Shown in pieces: positions 34,301 through 44,500 of a stretch of DNA of 64,000 bases. The DNA is from Flectonema sp. DT1601 (taxonomy: Eukaryota): NCBI GenBank assembly GCA_964019425.1, contig OZ025796.1, forward strand, positions 930,001 through 994,000, given 5' to 3'. The stretch's first letter is position 1; each line of letters starts with the position of its first letter. The notes below the pieces were generated by a model. It was not told the origin of the DNA. It worked only from the letters and a program-made list of their open reading frames with translations, and did no database searches. The position numbers and the translations under genes are program-made.

Positions 34301-37300
34301 CACCTCCGAGGCCGCCCATTTGACTACTTCGTCAACCTTCTGCAGCTGTTCTGTTATATCAAACGAGCAACTCCGCATCAGGTGTGTGACCTCACAGAAG
34401 CCCGAACACTGTCTTAGAAGGACAAGGGCTGTCTGTCTGTCTTCCACGCCTGCGATCAGCTGGGCCTTGTCTTGCAGCCTACTGACCTTCTGTGCTACGA
34501 AGCTCTGAACGTGGGCGATCGATCCGAAAGGTGACCCCAGGAAGTCTCCATTATAGAGGGGGCTCCCCATGCCTTCCAATCCCCAGCCAGACGGGAGCTC
34601 GACTGGGTTCTCCTGTAAGACGTACGTCTGGCACTTGGCAGGTCTGAGGCTCAGTCCAATCTTTGCCGATTCCCTATCCAGGGTGCGTAGGGCTTGATCC
34701 ACTTGCTCTAATGATCCTGCGATCAATCCATCGTCCAGGTAGAAGCAGGCGAACTCCGGGCTGGTTTTCAACACCTCCACAAGTACTGGTTTCAAGGCCA
34801 ATGAGAACAGCATCGGTCCCAATGGGTCCCCTTGTTGTGCACCCTCAGCGGAGGACAGGGCGTGTTTGCCAAATAGTAACCACGACTGTCTACCGTAGCA
34901 CCACCGCACCCAGTTCTCGAGCTGCGAGCCCGTCGTTGCTTCGATGAATGCTCCACGATGGACGCAGTTGAAAGCGTTCGAGAAGTCTATTTTGACGAAG
35001 ACTTTCTCTGCCCCCCAGTTTTTGGACCTAAACTCATGCAGTGCATGGATGGCCGCTTCTGTCCCCCCTGGTACTGCTACACCAAGTTGGCACACTTGCA
35101 TAAGGTGGACTTTGGCTTCCCGTGCAAATTGGCGGCAGAGGTGTTTCGCCGTCAGTCTCCTCCAGGTTTCACCCACCGCGATTGGACGATATTCCCCTGG
35201 TCTGCCTTCTTTCTCTATGGCGGTCAGGTTTGCTCCTGCCATGAGAGGGGCGATGGTGCTTGGGGCTCGGCCATTTGCCAGGAGCTTCACTACTTTTGTT
35301 AAAGAGGCCAGAAGTCCAGGGACCTCCCCCCGGTCTACCGCATCTTTGAGATGTTGTGGTGCGAGACCTGAGGGACCCCCACTCGAGCCCCTGTGAAAGG
35401 ACCGTAGGCAAGATAGTACCGTCTCCTCATCTACCGTGGATTCGGGGCCGGTGCCTTCCTGGTACTCTCCTGACTTCGGCGGGTGCAGAGTCTTTAGTTT
35501 TTCCAGCACTTCATCCGAGTGTTCTGCCGGAGGTGGTGAGCTCAAAGCTGAGATCGCCTGCGATATGCGGCCCTCTCTTACCAGTTCGGTTGCCCTCCGA
35601 TTTCTTGATTTCTGGGACGGCGCCACTTTTGTCTGGATCTGGGTACTCCCGGTCGCATTTGCCGCCCATAGTACCATGAAGTTGCCCTTTGACCATGCCG
35701 TCAGGTCCTCGATCGCGCCGTTCAAGGCTGATTCAGTCATCCGTCCTCCCTTTCTTCGTACTCTTCTCAGGGTACAGACTGGTAGCATTAGTAGCAGCCG
35801 CCAGGCTTGGTCGTTATTTAAGTCTGCTACCAGATCCGACGTCAGCTTCAGCGCTTTCGCGAAGTGGTGCAGTAGGGGTACTGGAATCACCTTCAGTAGG
35901 GGCCTCCTCCGAGTGGCGATGGTTTCGAGGTCCGGCAGGTCTTGTGTCGATAGAGCCATCTCCTTGAACCCCTTGTAGGCGTCATCTAATTCCTTGGATT
36001 CTAGCTTTTCTCTGCAGGATTGGTGCATGGGTTGTGTCATTCCAATTACCAATCGGCAGACTGGGCACTCCCGTAGGTTGAGTCTGGAGAGGTGACTGTG
36101 TGTCAGGGGGTTCCCACTGAAAGCGTGCTCTTGCGCGTGCTGGAGCAGCTCCGTCCATGACGGGAACGCCGCCTTGTGTCTATCGCATTCCGGTTGTGGA
36201 CACGTAAGTGAGACATCCTTTGGGCTGGGCGGATGTGGTAGCAAGGGACCTGCTGTTTCCGCGGTATTCATTCTGCCTGTCTGCAGGATCAGGAGAGGCC
36301 TTGCTTTATTGAGGAGGGATGTTAGCTTTTCCGGTGCCACTACGACGGGGTCGTAATGGCTCCCCTGCAAGGTGAGTGCGATCACATGGCCCGGGGTTGT
36401 CCCGTTCCTTCCTGACACCACTAGTTCTTCCTTTCCAACGAACAGAAGGAAGCTGCACTTCAGATCGTCAGCCATGGCTTGTAAGGCCAGTGCGTCACCC
36501 CACGCCTTGTCTGTTCTGAGCGTATTGAGGTATGCTTCCATCTCTGTGTCTGATGAAAAGCATTGGTTGAACGCATCTTGGCTCTTCTCAATAAAGTCAG
36601 CCGTCCTCTGTCGTAGCTCTTTGTGCTTGTTATTCCAACTCGTGCCATGGCAAACGCTTCTGAATAGGCAATTCCCGTCCCCTTCCACTCTTTCTACGCG
36701 TACGCCTTCTCTGTCCAACACGGTGGCTTGTGGGCTCGTGAGTGGGACTAGGAGTGACTGCTGAAAAGGTAGGAGGTCCTTGCACTTGGTGTGTACCCCC
36801 TTGCCGATGCCACAGAGTGTCCAACAAATAGTACAGATTGTTTTGTTGAACCTTCTTGCGATTTCCTCCGTCACCGTTCCCTTGTGCGCCCCTCTCATGT
36901 GTTGGTTCAGGTGGTAGACGATGGTCTTGGCCCGCGTCTTGCAGCCATCCACGGGGCATTCCGGAGTGTCAGCACCTCCTGCGAAGTCTCGAGGGCCCGC
37001 ATACCGTGGTTTCTTCGGCTTGGGTCTCGTCTGGCGTTCCCTCGAGAGCTTCCGCAGCCATCGTTCCCATCTCTTGACCCGTTTCCGGTTCACGCGGTGA
37101 CTCGGTCTGGTCGTCAAGGCCCTCATCTCGTGATGAAGGGGTGGCTCCGACGGGTGTGTCATTCCTTCCGGTGTCGTTCTCCAGATTGTTTGCCACTGTG
37201 GGCCCGGCGTCCAATCATGTGGCGTGTCCGCTGTAGGTGGTATCGGATGCCCTGTCGGCGGTTCTGAGCCATGTGTGTACGGGGGCAGCGTTCTGTAATG

Positions 37301-37807
37301 GTGTACGAGTGTCTCCGGTCCCAAGTGAGAGCTGTTATTCGAGAATTGTAGTGGTGCAGAGCTTCCGCCACAGTTGAGAAGAGGGGCCAACAGCCACAAG
37401 ACTACCTGCAGAAAACCCGGAACATCTATCCATCCGCGTGCCGAGCGCAATTGAACCGAAGTCCACGGTCCATTGACCGCTGGGTATGGCGCGAGCATCC
37501 CATGGCACCGGGAACTACTTATCCTTCGGGTTTCTGTGGTCGAGTCTGTGCGGTCAGTTGGGACGCCGCTCTTTGTTTCCATGAACGTACCAGGACTGCC
37601 CGGTACCCCTTCCGCCGAGAGAATCCACGGTTGCGGTATAATATTTAACCCGTGGCCTTGTTTGTTGATGCAGCATGTAGATGGCTGATTAGAAGAGTTG
37701 TGGTGCGGTGGATCTGTGGGTGTACAATGAGAGGAAAGCAGGGAGAGGAGTATTGACAGGGAGAGTAAACTGATTGGCGGTAACATTCTACAGGGGTTGA
37801 TTAACAT
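28313..37807 (-). CDS. Retrotransposon polyprotein (~3164 aa): ZnF-OTU-ZnF-RT-CCHC/REL-PT repeats-USP-2xHBD-RNase H-like-acidic repeats-Cys finger
   Basis: RT: GGPSG, YRPIAVGE, QLGV, KIDFSNAFN, GAQQGDPLGP, YLDD, QLPTRMGGLG. REL: CRAC..H...C, RHD, RPAD, FDVT, EAAK..KY, PIALE. OTU: GDGNCLF..HYD. USP: NLGDSCYMN..GHY..DD. First ATG inside the element is at 37807. Confidence 0.92.
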   Translation of the reverse strand: MLINPCRMLPPISLLSLSILLSLLSSHCTPTDPPHHNSSNQPSTCCINKQGHGLNIIPQPWILSAEGVPGSPGTFMETKSGVPTDRTDSTTETRRISSSRCHGMLAPYPAVNGPWTSVQLRSARGWIDVPGFLQVVLWLLAPLLNCGGSSAPLQFSNNSSHLGPETLVHHYRTLPPYTHGSEPPTGHPIPPTADTPHDWTPGPQWQTIWRTTPEGMTHPSEPPLHHEMRALTTRPSHRVNRKRVKRWERWLRKLSRERQTRPKPKKPRYAGPRDFAGGADTPECPVDGCKTRAKTIVYHLNQHMRGAHKGTVTEEIARRFNKTICTICWTLCGIGKGVHTKCKDLLPFQQSLLVPLTSPQATVLDREGVRVERVEGDGNCLFRSVCHGTSWNNKHKELRQRTADFIEKSQDAFNQCFSSDTEMEAYLNTLRTDKAWGDALALQAMADDLKCSFLLFVGKEELVVSGRNGTTPGHVIALTLQGSHYDPVVVAPEKLTSLLNKARPLLILQTGRMNTAETAGPLLPHPPSPKDVSLTCPQPECDRHKAAFPSWTELLQHAQEHAFSGNPLTHSHLSRLNLRECPVCRLVIGMTQPMHQSCREKLESKELDDAYKGFKEMALSTQDLPDLETIATRRRPLLKVIPVPLLHHFAKALKLTSDLVADLNNDQAWRLLLMLPVCTLRRVRRKGGRMTESALNGAIEDLTAWSKGNFMVLWAANATGSTQIQTKVAPSQKSRNRRATELVREGRISQAISALSSPPPAEHSDEVLEKLKTLHPPKSGEYQEGTGPESTVDEETVLSCLRSFHRGSSGGPSGLAPQHLKDAVDRGEVPGLLASLTKVVKLLANGRAPSTIAPLMAGANLTAIEKEGRPGEYRPIAVGETWRRLTAKHLCRQFAREAKVHLMQVCQLGVAVPGGTEAAIHALHEFRSKNWGAEKVFVKIDFSNAFNCVHRGAFIEATTGSQLENWVRWCYGRQSWLLFGKHALSSAEGAQQGDPLGPMLFSLALKPVLVEVLKTSPEFACFYLDDGLIAGSLEQVDQALRTLDRESAKIGLSLRPAKCQTYVLQENPVELPSGWGLEGMGSPLYNGDFLGSPFGSIAHVQSFVAQKVSRLQDKAQLIAGVEDRQTALVLLRQCSGFCEVTHLMRSCSFDITEQLQKVDEVVKWAASEVLGQGLEGSRWTQAQLPTRMGGLGLRSCTKHRNAALLGSLGLVKDTCVSLWRDYKCSLGAQIQEALNKVLPASLKLEGTYHPQRLTSARLDQVARDKLLEDAAPTDKKRLLSLTMPKASAWLQCPDEECYIGSDIFRIACGLRLGTALFSEDEACRACKKTQDAFGYHASVCIDGGDIHRRHDKVREEFIGICRSAGLATMREPKYLVGYNKQRPADWYCPQGLNEGVGRAFDVTIVNPGASRNYNKPGQAASEAEAAKSGKYSALCAKFGLNFSPIALEVYGGLGPQAVRTLSRLSQLRAIATTVPLREVAGLYARRVSTQVVVCTAEALRARGASLIHQAALSASKPHTPHMPPAPSTSDDVSLSASTPQPMDPTPDPTTPDAGGIGRSAEPEGDTVTRPATKPEEPATSLVTPQHKAGVPREFESTPVPAPQPTTTDDGGPVPIATSVSVPAATLSTEGRNETASFDPTTAAPTPPGPIISTAGGLEVSEPVLSPSTSPQGVSAEPTMSLTTPLHKAGEPRELEPVPAQAPLPTTTDDGGSDPTATPVSAPMAPLPAGGRNEKTSTEPVTAAPTPPGPTISIAGGLGISEPVPSPSTSPQGLPAEPATSVAIPLHKNGEPCEYESTPVPTPLPYTTDDGGPDPTATPVSAPTASLPAGGRNEKTSTEPATAAPTPPGPTISIAGGLGISEPLPSPSTSPQRLPAEPATSAAIPLHKDGEPCEYESTPVPTPLPYTTDDGGPDPTATPVSAPAASLPAVGPNEFTLHVPATAAPTPPGPTTSIAGGLEVSEPGLRLPLNRPLEAPVDPASAVDVTSSPAAKRTETDQTAPVTAVPTPPGPTRSIAGSLELPEPEPRPSFRPQGAPVEPTMETGNPSLPIGGRNVFILIDPAAAVPMPPGPSKSTAGGLEISETGLRPHESPTDPIATHGGEITPNEAALSVPDSAVMHLPGPITTSDGRWQEPESAPGTPLTQRGPSLTSKPESPAIEHPPTFIPFGVGLEGIQNLGDSCYMNAALQCLCKGMPLPECNKLPEHSADCVLCTLRELKRSGSVLAAKKIWEWMKPRCGPGQSEAEHALSELLEAIVEAGAPPVDFVSTVTQIRTCQVCEDIHTVRYRTPILRLEPDQKTASALDETTTSPTDFTCPSCKSCSAEIVTSVDEPARSLFLGFKEGHFGDTKPDEVTLPESFIDASSRLYTLTGMIQHVRLNEVSGHYVSYTTNGRGGWLKQDDSAEGIYTSKVTQVKPCVALYLRREQLPSSTQDPRRILAPSNRKPSFFYGVAEGRSPGVYTTWEETKREVHKYRGAVHQRFVLRESAQRFVERYNPPSGDTKVAPPPGSKWYAVVRGRKSGLYDCWREASSMVNEFTRSRYKAFNSRLEASLYWWDHMAGGPQQDSPRMCLFFASHRNLNTGRTGAAACLLDTQLHKLTASWGATLDTADLGLASYYAALKGIQKMSQQDRNATWSCRGNMNTWSATTRTGLAGAVPDTWSFLNTPNVANNCAQFKAEEVSSRDYCSLMDVLRRTSELEGELGLRLTKKPRSPDSDSQGESASVKKPKAEADHPPPAIADPVRSPTPPASPRSKKQWSPGSDSQDEPVSVKKPKTSAPEVAREDSVTSEGPPLVDNQRNPTVTTEIENVAPTASPVETAVTTNVGQSKPEPKETDIPPPNASQELEDATASATPVTRPTDLPTEGSPLPSASLRTIVATIDPPEKGEHDASEDTVNTLKEEVYDAPGDQTDTLTGEVRDASEEPADILTEVEHDAAGELADTLAEEVRDTAEQPADILTEIEQDASGELADALDNEVCDTSEEPVDILTKEERDLSSPSSQLQAYDKETHTPPVARTLDLDSHNSSTEDPTPKTRRARSSPPRTGTSSSDVSTNDTEDTRPTCDHAPPLQKGPRVKCDFCHRLLQRKWFRSRCTKCQITTCRRCWTAGVETASRALDHPDSTPRHRRTRSCPSSNEKTKKKISPYSSADSEKTNLSPGKRLKDDC
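28830..29160 (-). repeat. About seven 45-bp (15-aa) acidic repeats in the retroelement ORF
   Basis: Units EEVYDAPGDQTDTLT / GEVRDASEEPADILT / EVEHDAAGELADTLA and similar. Confidence 0.85.
31560..33070 (-). repeat. 300-bp (100-aa) Pro/Thr-rich tandem repeats plus shorter degenerate units in the retroelement ORF
   Basis: actagtcga recurs at 32201/32501/32801 and cctccggcg at 31941/32241/32541/32841. Confidence 0.9.
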
Positions 37808-38506
37808 ACGGGGAGAGATAAGGAAACTATACAAGTGGTTTATGGCGCCGGAGTCTATAGTGCCCCTTGCGCGACAGGTACCCTTTTTTTTTTTTTTTTT
37901 TTTTTTCTTTACACAAAGCCAAAGGCAGATGGGTAACAAAGTTTTCTAAGTGGGGCTGGGGAGGGAATAAATGAAACAAATAAACAGTAGGAGATATGGG
38001 GTTTCTAAAAGATGAAACGTATTCTAAGAGAACTCGTGGTTATTTATTTAATTAATCTTTTTTTTTTTTTTTTTTTTTTTTTTTCTTTTTAAAAAGTGAT
38101 TTACAGGCACCAGTTCGATCCCCGGTGTGGCTGATTTTTCCGGCGATGGAAGTTTTTTTTGGTTTCTGTTCTTCATGAACTCTAACAAAATCAAATAATA
38201 ATAATAATAAATAAATAAATATAACAAGGTTTAACTTTTACATTGCCGTAGTCTATCAGCAAAGTTGTTTTTTTTTTTCTGGTCTTGCCTAAATAATCGA
38301 ATTAAAGATTTTTTTTTAAAACAAGTGGTCAAAAGAAAATTTTTAAAATTTTACTACTGAAAAAAAAATATTAAAAAAATAAAGAACTTACGCCACATTT
38401 TAAAGAAAAAAACAAAACAAATGCAATAAATAGCATTTAATCAAAAAAAAACAACAACAAAAAAAAAAAAAAAATGTTGCAAAAGACTAAACCAACTACT
38501 ATAAAA

Positions 38507-41500
38507 CTACTGACTATCAGGAGGGCTGAGAGATAGCATTGTTGAAGTTGGTGATTCTGAAGCAAATCGAAGACGAGTTGGAGATGTTGCGGATGAGTGG
38601 TTCATCAACCTTTCAATCTGTCGTTGTGATAATTTTGTATCCGGTGGTGACGACGGTATAGCCGACAATCCTAGATGCAATCTTTCAACTTCAGTCAAGT
38701 GAGTCGATAAAATGTGATTTGACGTATGCAACGCTGCTGGCAAATGTTCCTTCCCAAGCTGAAGAGACGAGTGTAGATAAAATATATCATTCACCAATGA
38801 TGGTCTGGTTTTGAGTATCCAAGCAAGTCTGTTATCCACATCAACCTTCTCAAGTGGTGATATATCAAAGAGTGATGAAGACTCTAAGATATCAACGTCA
38901 ATAACATTACATTCAACGCTCATGACATCATCTGGATCAGCACAACGAGTTGCTATACCACAAGCTAGTTCTTCAGCACCTTCTTTAGTGTCTGCGAATA
39001 CAGATATTACCATTATGTGTTTGTCTGACTTTACTTTTCCCAGTTCGATGTGTGATTCCGGAATCCCACTTATCTCAGATATTAATTTTTTCGTCGGAAA
39101 CAGTTTCCCATCACTGAGTGTGATTGCTATACCTGGAGACCTAAAACGTTTTTCTAATCTTTGAAGGCAGGCAGCTACGAGTGAACTGTGTTCACAGACC
39201 AACGCAGCAGCCCTGTCGAAATCATCAGACGTTTGCAGGTACGGCAACGTTCCAGTAATTCTGGTTATTAAATCCGATGAGATGAGAACTCTTTGACAAG
39301 CAGAGGACATCTTTTCATCTGATAAGATGATGTTGACCGCGAGATCTCTCATCTCATCCTCATCTGATGAATGCTGTCCAGTAATCCGAGCAAGTAGTCC
39401 ATTGGTAACAATGTTAGTGTCAGTCAATAGCATACTTTTACAAGCATTAACTAAGTCTTTATCTTCTTTGATGACATCAACAGCGGCATTGACAGCTTCT
39501 TGTGACCGTCTTGGAGATGCCTGAGAAGGAATACCAAGAATCCTAGAAACCACATCCTGCTGTAGTACAATCTGCTTACACTGATCAGCTAACTCTGGAT
39601 GAGCTAAAACTTTTGATGCCGCCACGATTATGGCTTCGTCACAATATTCCATTTCACTTATCTTCTCTATGAGGTCCGATTGTTGAGATCTACGTGTCAG
39701 TAATCTCTGACAAGTTCCTTTTAATATATCGTCTTTCAGGATTTCTGTGATGCATTCGACAGCTGCGACATCTCTCTTTCGAATGACGTCCTGTTGATGA
39801 GAAGCAGTCTCATAAAGCTGATGTAGTGATCGCTGTTGATATTCTGATTGTGAATTCTTAACTGAGAGTTCATTAATTGCATCAACAAGACTTTTATTCT
39901 CATCATCAGTTGGGGTTGATTTCTGCAATAGTTCGTACTGTTGCAGTTTGTTGGCTGCTTGAGAGGCATCGTTGCGAATAAACTTTTTCAACTCACAATG
40001 TAGTAAGTCGTCGTCTAATAATATTTGAGCCAGTGAGGCTGCTGCTTCAACAAGATCAGTACCACTGTTGGTTTCCTTTGCTCTTTGATAGTTTGTGAAT
40101 AGTTCTTTGATGGTATCTGATTGCCTTCCAACTGACTCTCTTAACAATGGAGGTGCAATAATACTTGGTGTATCTGATGCTGTACGTACACTGATTGGGG
40201 AAATACTATACTTTGGATCAGCAAAACTTCGAACTGTTGATCCTGTCAGTGGAGTGTTGCTTCTCCTTCGATCAATTTTAGATAGCGTAACATCTGCCAG
40301 TACTTTATCACAAAGGAGTTCATCGACTACTTTATGTGCTGCTTTGCGGAGATCTTCATCAGACTTTGATGAATTCATCGCCATCATATTATACCTTCGG
40401 AATGCTGCCTGTATTGAGCCCATCTTGTCTTGTTGTAGTAGACTACATAGCAGCTCATCATTAAGTATATTCTGTACTACAGAAGTAGCAGCAGCAATTC
40501 TCTTTTTCTCAATTACGGGTGAACGACACCAAGAATCTGATGTATTACTATATTGTACATATCTGGTAAGTGATTTTATAATGTCAAAACCTTCAGTTTC
40601 ACTGAATGATATTTCTTTTGATAATAAATCAGTCAGGAGACTGTCTCGAAGAATTACGTCTACAACTTTCTGTGCTGCTTCCATTTTTATTTCGGGTATG
40701 GTTGAAGTAGTGTTGCCAACCATTGATTTATTTAATACGGTAACGTATTCTGCGATTATCGCTATTCGTTCATCCATTTCACTAACAAGTTCACTACAAA
40801 GAGATGGATCGCGATGAATGATTTTAACCAATGAGTGGACTTTGTTTTCGTAATCTGGGTCGCTTCTATCATTCATGAGATGATCAGAATATGTTTTAGG
40901 TTGAATACTAGTCGATGATGACAATGACATAAGAAGATCTGGATCTTGTTGAATAATGTCAACGAGATCTGAAATTATAAGTTCACGACCAGGAGAATCA
41001 CGATTGCTATTTATATACCTGCCGAATGCCTCACGTCGTGGATCATCATCAGGAGGAAGTTCTATTTCTGAAGGAGTATTCTTAACAACTTCATACAGCA
41101 ATGATAACAGTAACGAATCCTTCTTAAGAATCTTAATCAGTGAAGAGGTAGTTTCGTAATTACTGTTGTCAAGGTAGGTTTTAAAGACCTTAATTCTATT
41201 ATCACCAAGACTAGTACCTTTCTGAGCCATTTCATAAAGCACTGGGTCAGCTAGTAGGGATACTATGGCAGACTCAGCTGCTTTGTCTCTCTGCTGAAAC
41301 ATCTTTTCTTGTGATGCAATCAAAGCCCACATGCTATTGAGTCTGTGTTGTTGACTAACAGAAGCTTCCTTAGCAAGTTGTTGAGTCTCAATGACCATTT
41401 CATTATATTTGTGTTCATCAGGACAACTTTCACAAATATTAAAATATTCCCTCAACGATCCAGGTAATGTATCCTTTGGTCGTTGAGAAGAAGTTTGTTG

Positions 41501-44500
41501 AACTCGTCTCTCAGCTGCTTCAATGGAGGCTACAGAAGTAAGGATTGCTTCTTCTTGTTTTTTGAGAAACCTTTCAGCTGTATGTAACTCTCTACGGAGT
41601 TCGTTACACTGATGACATTCAATTTTTGACTGCAATTCAGCAATCTCTTTCTTTGCATCTTCTTCTCTGGCTGCAGCATCCTGAACAAGTTTGAGAAGCC
41701 CATCGGCTGATCGCTCCGCGTGATTTCTTTGAGTTGTTGTTTCTGCGAGTTGATTGAGTAAGCCATTAATATCTTGATCACTTTGTAGATCACATGTGAC
41801 GTATTTATTAACACAGATTGGTTTTCTTGGACTACCCGGCTGTACAATCCTACCACTATGATCAACCATAGACATAGAATAACTTTCCAAGGGCGTCATA
41901 TATGTACATGCTTCTGCTGTTGTCATCTGAACTGTAGACGTAGAAGCAACAGTACTTTCAGTGATAGTAGTTTGACTGCTGTTGTTAACGGCTATGGATG
42001 ATCTTTTAAATGGTGAACGAGGTCCTTCAACATGACTATTCATTGTTGTGTAGTGATCACTACAAACTAAAGAATGTATTGACGGAACTGGACAACTGTC
42101 CATTCTACTCTCTGACAACTCACTAATGTGAATCTCATCAATGAAGCTGCTGTGATCATACGCAGAACCTGAAATATCAATTTCTGTATAACTCGCTACC
42201 TCTCTCTTTGGATAGAGAAAGATTGGATCCCAAGACGGTAGTACGTGAGGTTCTAGTTTGTCTTCCCATAAACAATTTGGATAACATTCGTCTTGAGTTT
42301 GATCGCTGCTGGAATCCAAAGAGAATTCATCTTCAAAACGAGTTTCAAAATTTGAATTTCGAATCCCCTGCTGAGGTAACGGTGGTAGTGTTGGTGATAT
42401 CTCATGGTCGAGTTCTTCTCCTGCTAGATCTCCACCGTCACATGCAGTTCCACCTTCGAGTGCTTTAAACTCAGCAAGATAACTGTCAGTAAAGTTTTTT
42501 AGAGACGTTCCCCCTTTGACTATCGAACCTTTTTTTGTTAATGGTGCCAGTTGGGATGCTATTTTCAATACTTTTCGAGGTGCTCGTCGACGCGGTGATG
42601 AAAACCCGCTGCGACTACTGGCTGCGCTACCGAAAGACGCTGCCAGGATGTCATCAGCTGTACCGAAACTGTTGTCAAACATCGATTCCTTTGCTAATGG
42701 TTCGCGTTCTTTTTGAATACTCAACGATGAGTTTAGTTGTTTTTGTTTTCTCTCTCTACGAGTTTGAAGTCTCTTTAAGACTGTTTTCTGAACTCCTGTC
42801 TGCGCTCCACTATGTTTTGGACTTCCCTCATCATTGTCATTGTCATCACTACAAACAGAATGTGTTGGGGTTCGTAAAATAGGCGTCCTTATGACACTCG
42901 TCCCTCCTTTATGACTAGTGTCTCTAGACCTTTCAGTAAAAGCAATAGATGACATGCTTATTGTTATCTTTTCATTACCATCACTTCGTACGATTACTTC
43001 ACAACAGCCTCCTATTACAGACTCAAGATTCGGAAGGATACCAGAAAAGACTTTATCACGTGGAACTGAATTAGGGGTATCAGCGCACCTAATGACAACA
43101 GAGAATAAAACAGGTACTGAACCAATGTGTTGTGTTAATTCAGTAAAACATTCAACGTATTCTGAATTCGATAGGATTATTTTACTATCTTGCAATTCTG
43201 GTACTGAGAACCATGATGAACCCGAATTGTTACCTCCAGGCAAAGCAGATACTACTTTGCACATTCTCTCTGGTTTACGCTGTAGGACGGGATCGAACTG
43301 GAGGCTTTGGACGGTGTACGAGAAGAATAATCGATTTTTTTGAGCCTCAACATTCAACTTATAGTTGTCAACAGTAATTTGCTTAAGAGAATAACTTCTG
43401 ATGTCATCAACATGAATAGACTTAGATGTGTGCAATACCCCAGTTGATCTATCTACTATTTTAACAACTAAGTGTGAATCAGTAATGTAAGGAATAGTGA
43501 TGTCTTTGTTGATCGTGAAATATGATTTTCCGGATTCAAGTAGGATATAGCTATCCTGAAATAATAATTGTGTGTTTCCAGCTGATGCGAGCAGAGTTAA
43601 AAAGACATCATAGTGCGTACTAAGAGTGCCGTCAGTAATGTCAACAGACGTTAATTTTAGTATCCAAGTTGGAACATTTATATTTCCACGAGCCTGACTC
43701 GTTGATGACAGTCGTTCTAAGAACTCATCTGGTTCAGAAGCGTGAGAAGTTGGAGGTGAAAAAACATCTCTATGAGATGGTGTATTCTGGAGTGAATAAA
43801 CAGGACTAGCTGATTTTCCAATTATCGTGAGAACGATTGTAATAACCGACTCATCAACAGAAGAAATACGACCAACAGGATAAAGTGATATCAACACATC
43901 TCTTGAAAAGCTATCCGTAAGCACTTCATGTAAATCAGTCAATAAAGAAACAGTTGAATACTTTACTGATTGGAATCCGTTGGTAGAGTAATCAACTTCA
44001 ATTTGATAATATAAAAAGTCTGTCGGGACATTATCGAGAGATATGACTTCATCTACAGTTCTAAATGTGTAACTGTTATTAAAGATATCAATCTGAACAG
44101 GTGAAATAGTTTTGTTCATGTCTGAATTTGAAAAGCTTACTGACTTCAGAGCTAATGATATATTTCTTCCAGAACCGCAGTCTAATAAAGTTTTCCCAAC
44201 ATCGACGCCTTCATTAGTTTCTACTAATGTTTGTGACACGATTGGATGTTCGTGAAGGAAATTCTCAGATTTCATCTCCCGAACCCCTGGAGCACACACC
44301 ACATGTAATAAAGCCGGGTTCTTATCAAGAAGTACGGTCATTTTTTCAGAAATCGTGTCTACTCCAGATTTGCAATCCAGAAGTATCTTTTTTTCAATTT
44401 TTTGATATCCAGTACTAACAACATTCCCAAGGTGTAGAACAGACCATCTAAGATGAATATGCTTTGAGCTACTGGAGTTTATATCAATAGTAATGGGTTG

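Larger units (their letters stand above)
27616..37883 (-). mobile_element. Full-length non-LTR retrotransposon, CRE-like clade (RT + C-terminal restriction-like endonuclease), with 63-nt poly(A) tail
   Basis: GC-rich island in AT-rich DNA. Poly(A) tail at 27616-27678 (T on +); 5' end GGGTACC at 37883 abuts a 23-nt A tract. One intact ORF. Confidence 0.93.

Noticed and set aside
37808..37939. ORF-track N-terminus MLPICLWLCVKKKK of the 3208-aa ORF
   Set aside because: Starts at a non-ATG codon outside the element and reads through the flanking A tract.
38108..38128. GTTCGATCCCCGGT, a tRNA T-arm / B-box-like sequence
   Set aside because: No D arm, anticodon arm or acceptor stem around it; at most a relic.
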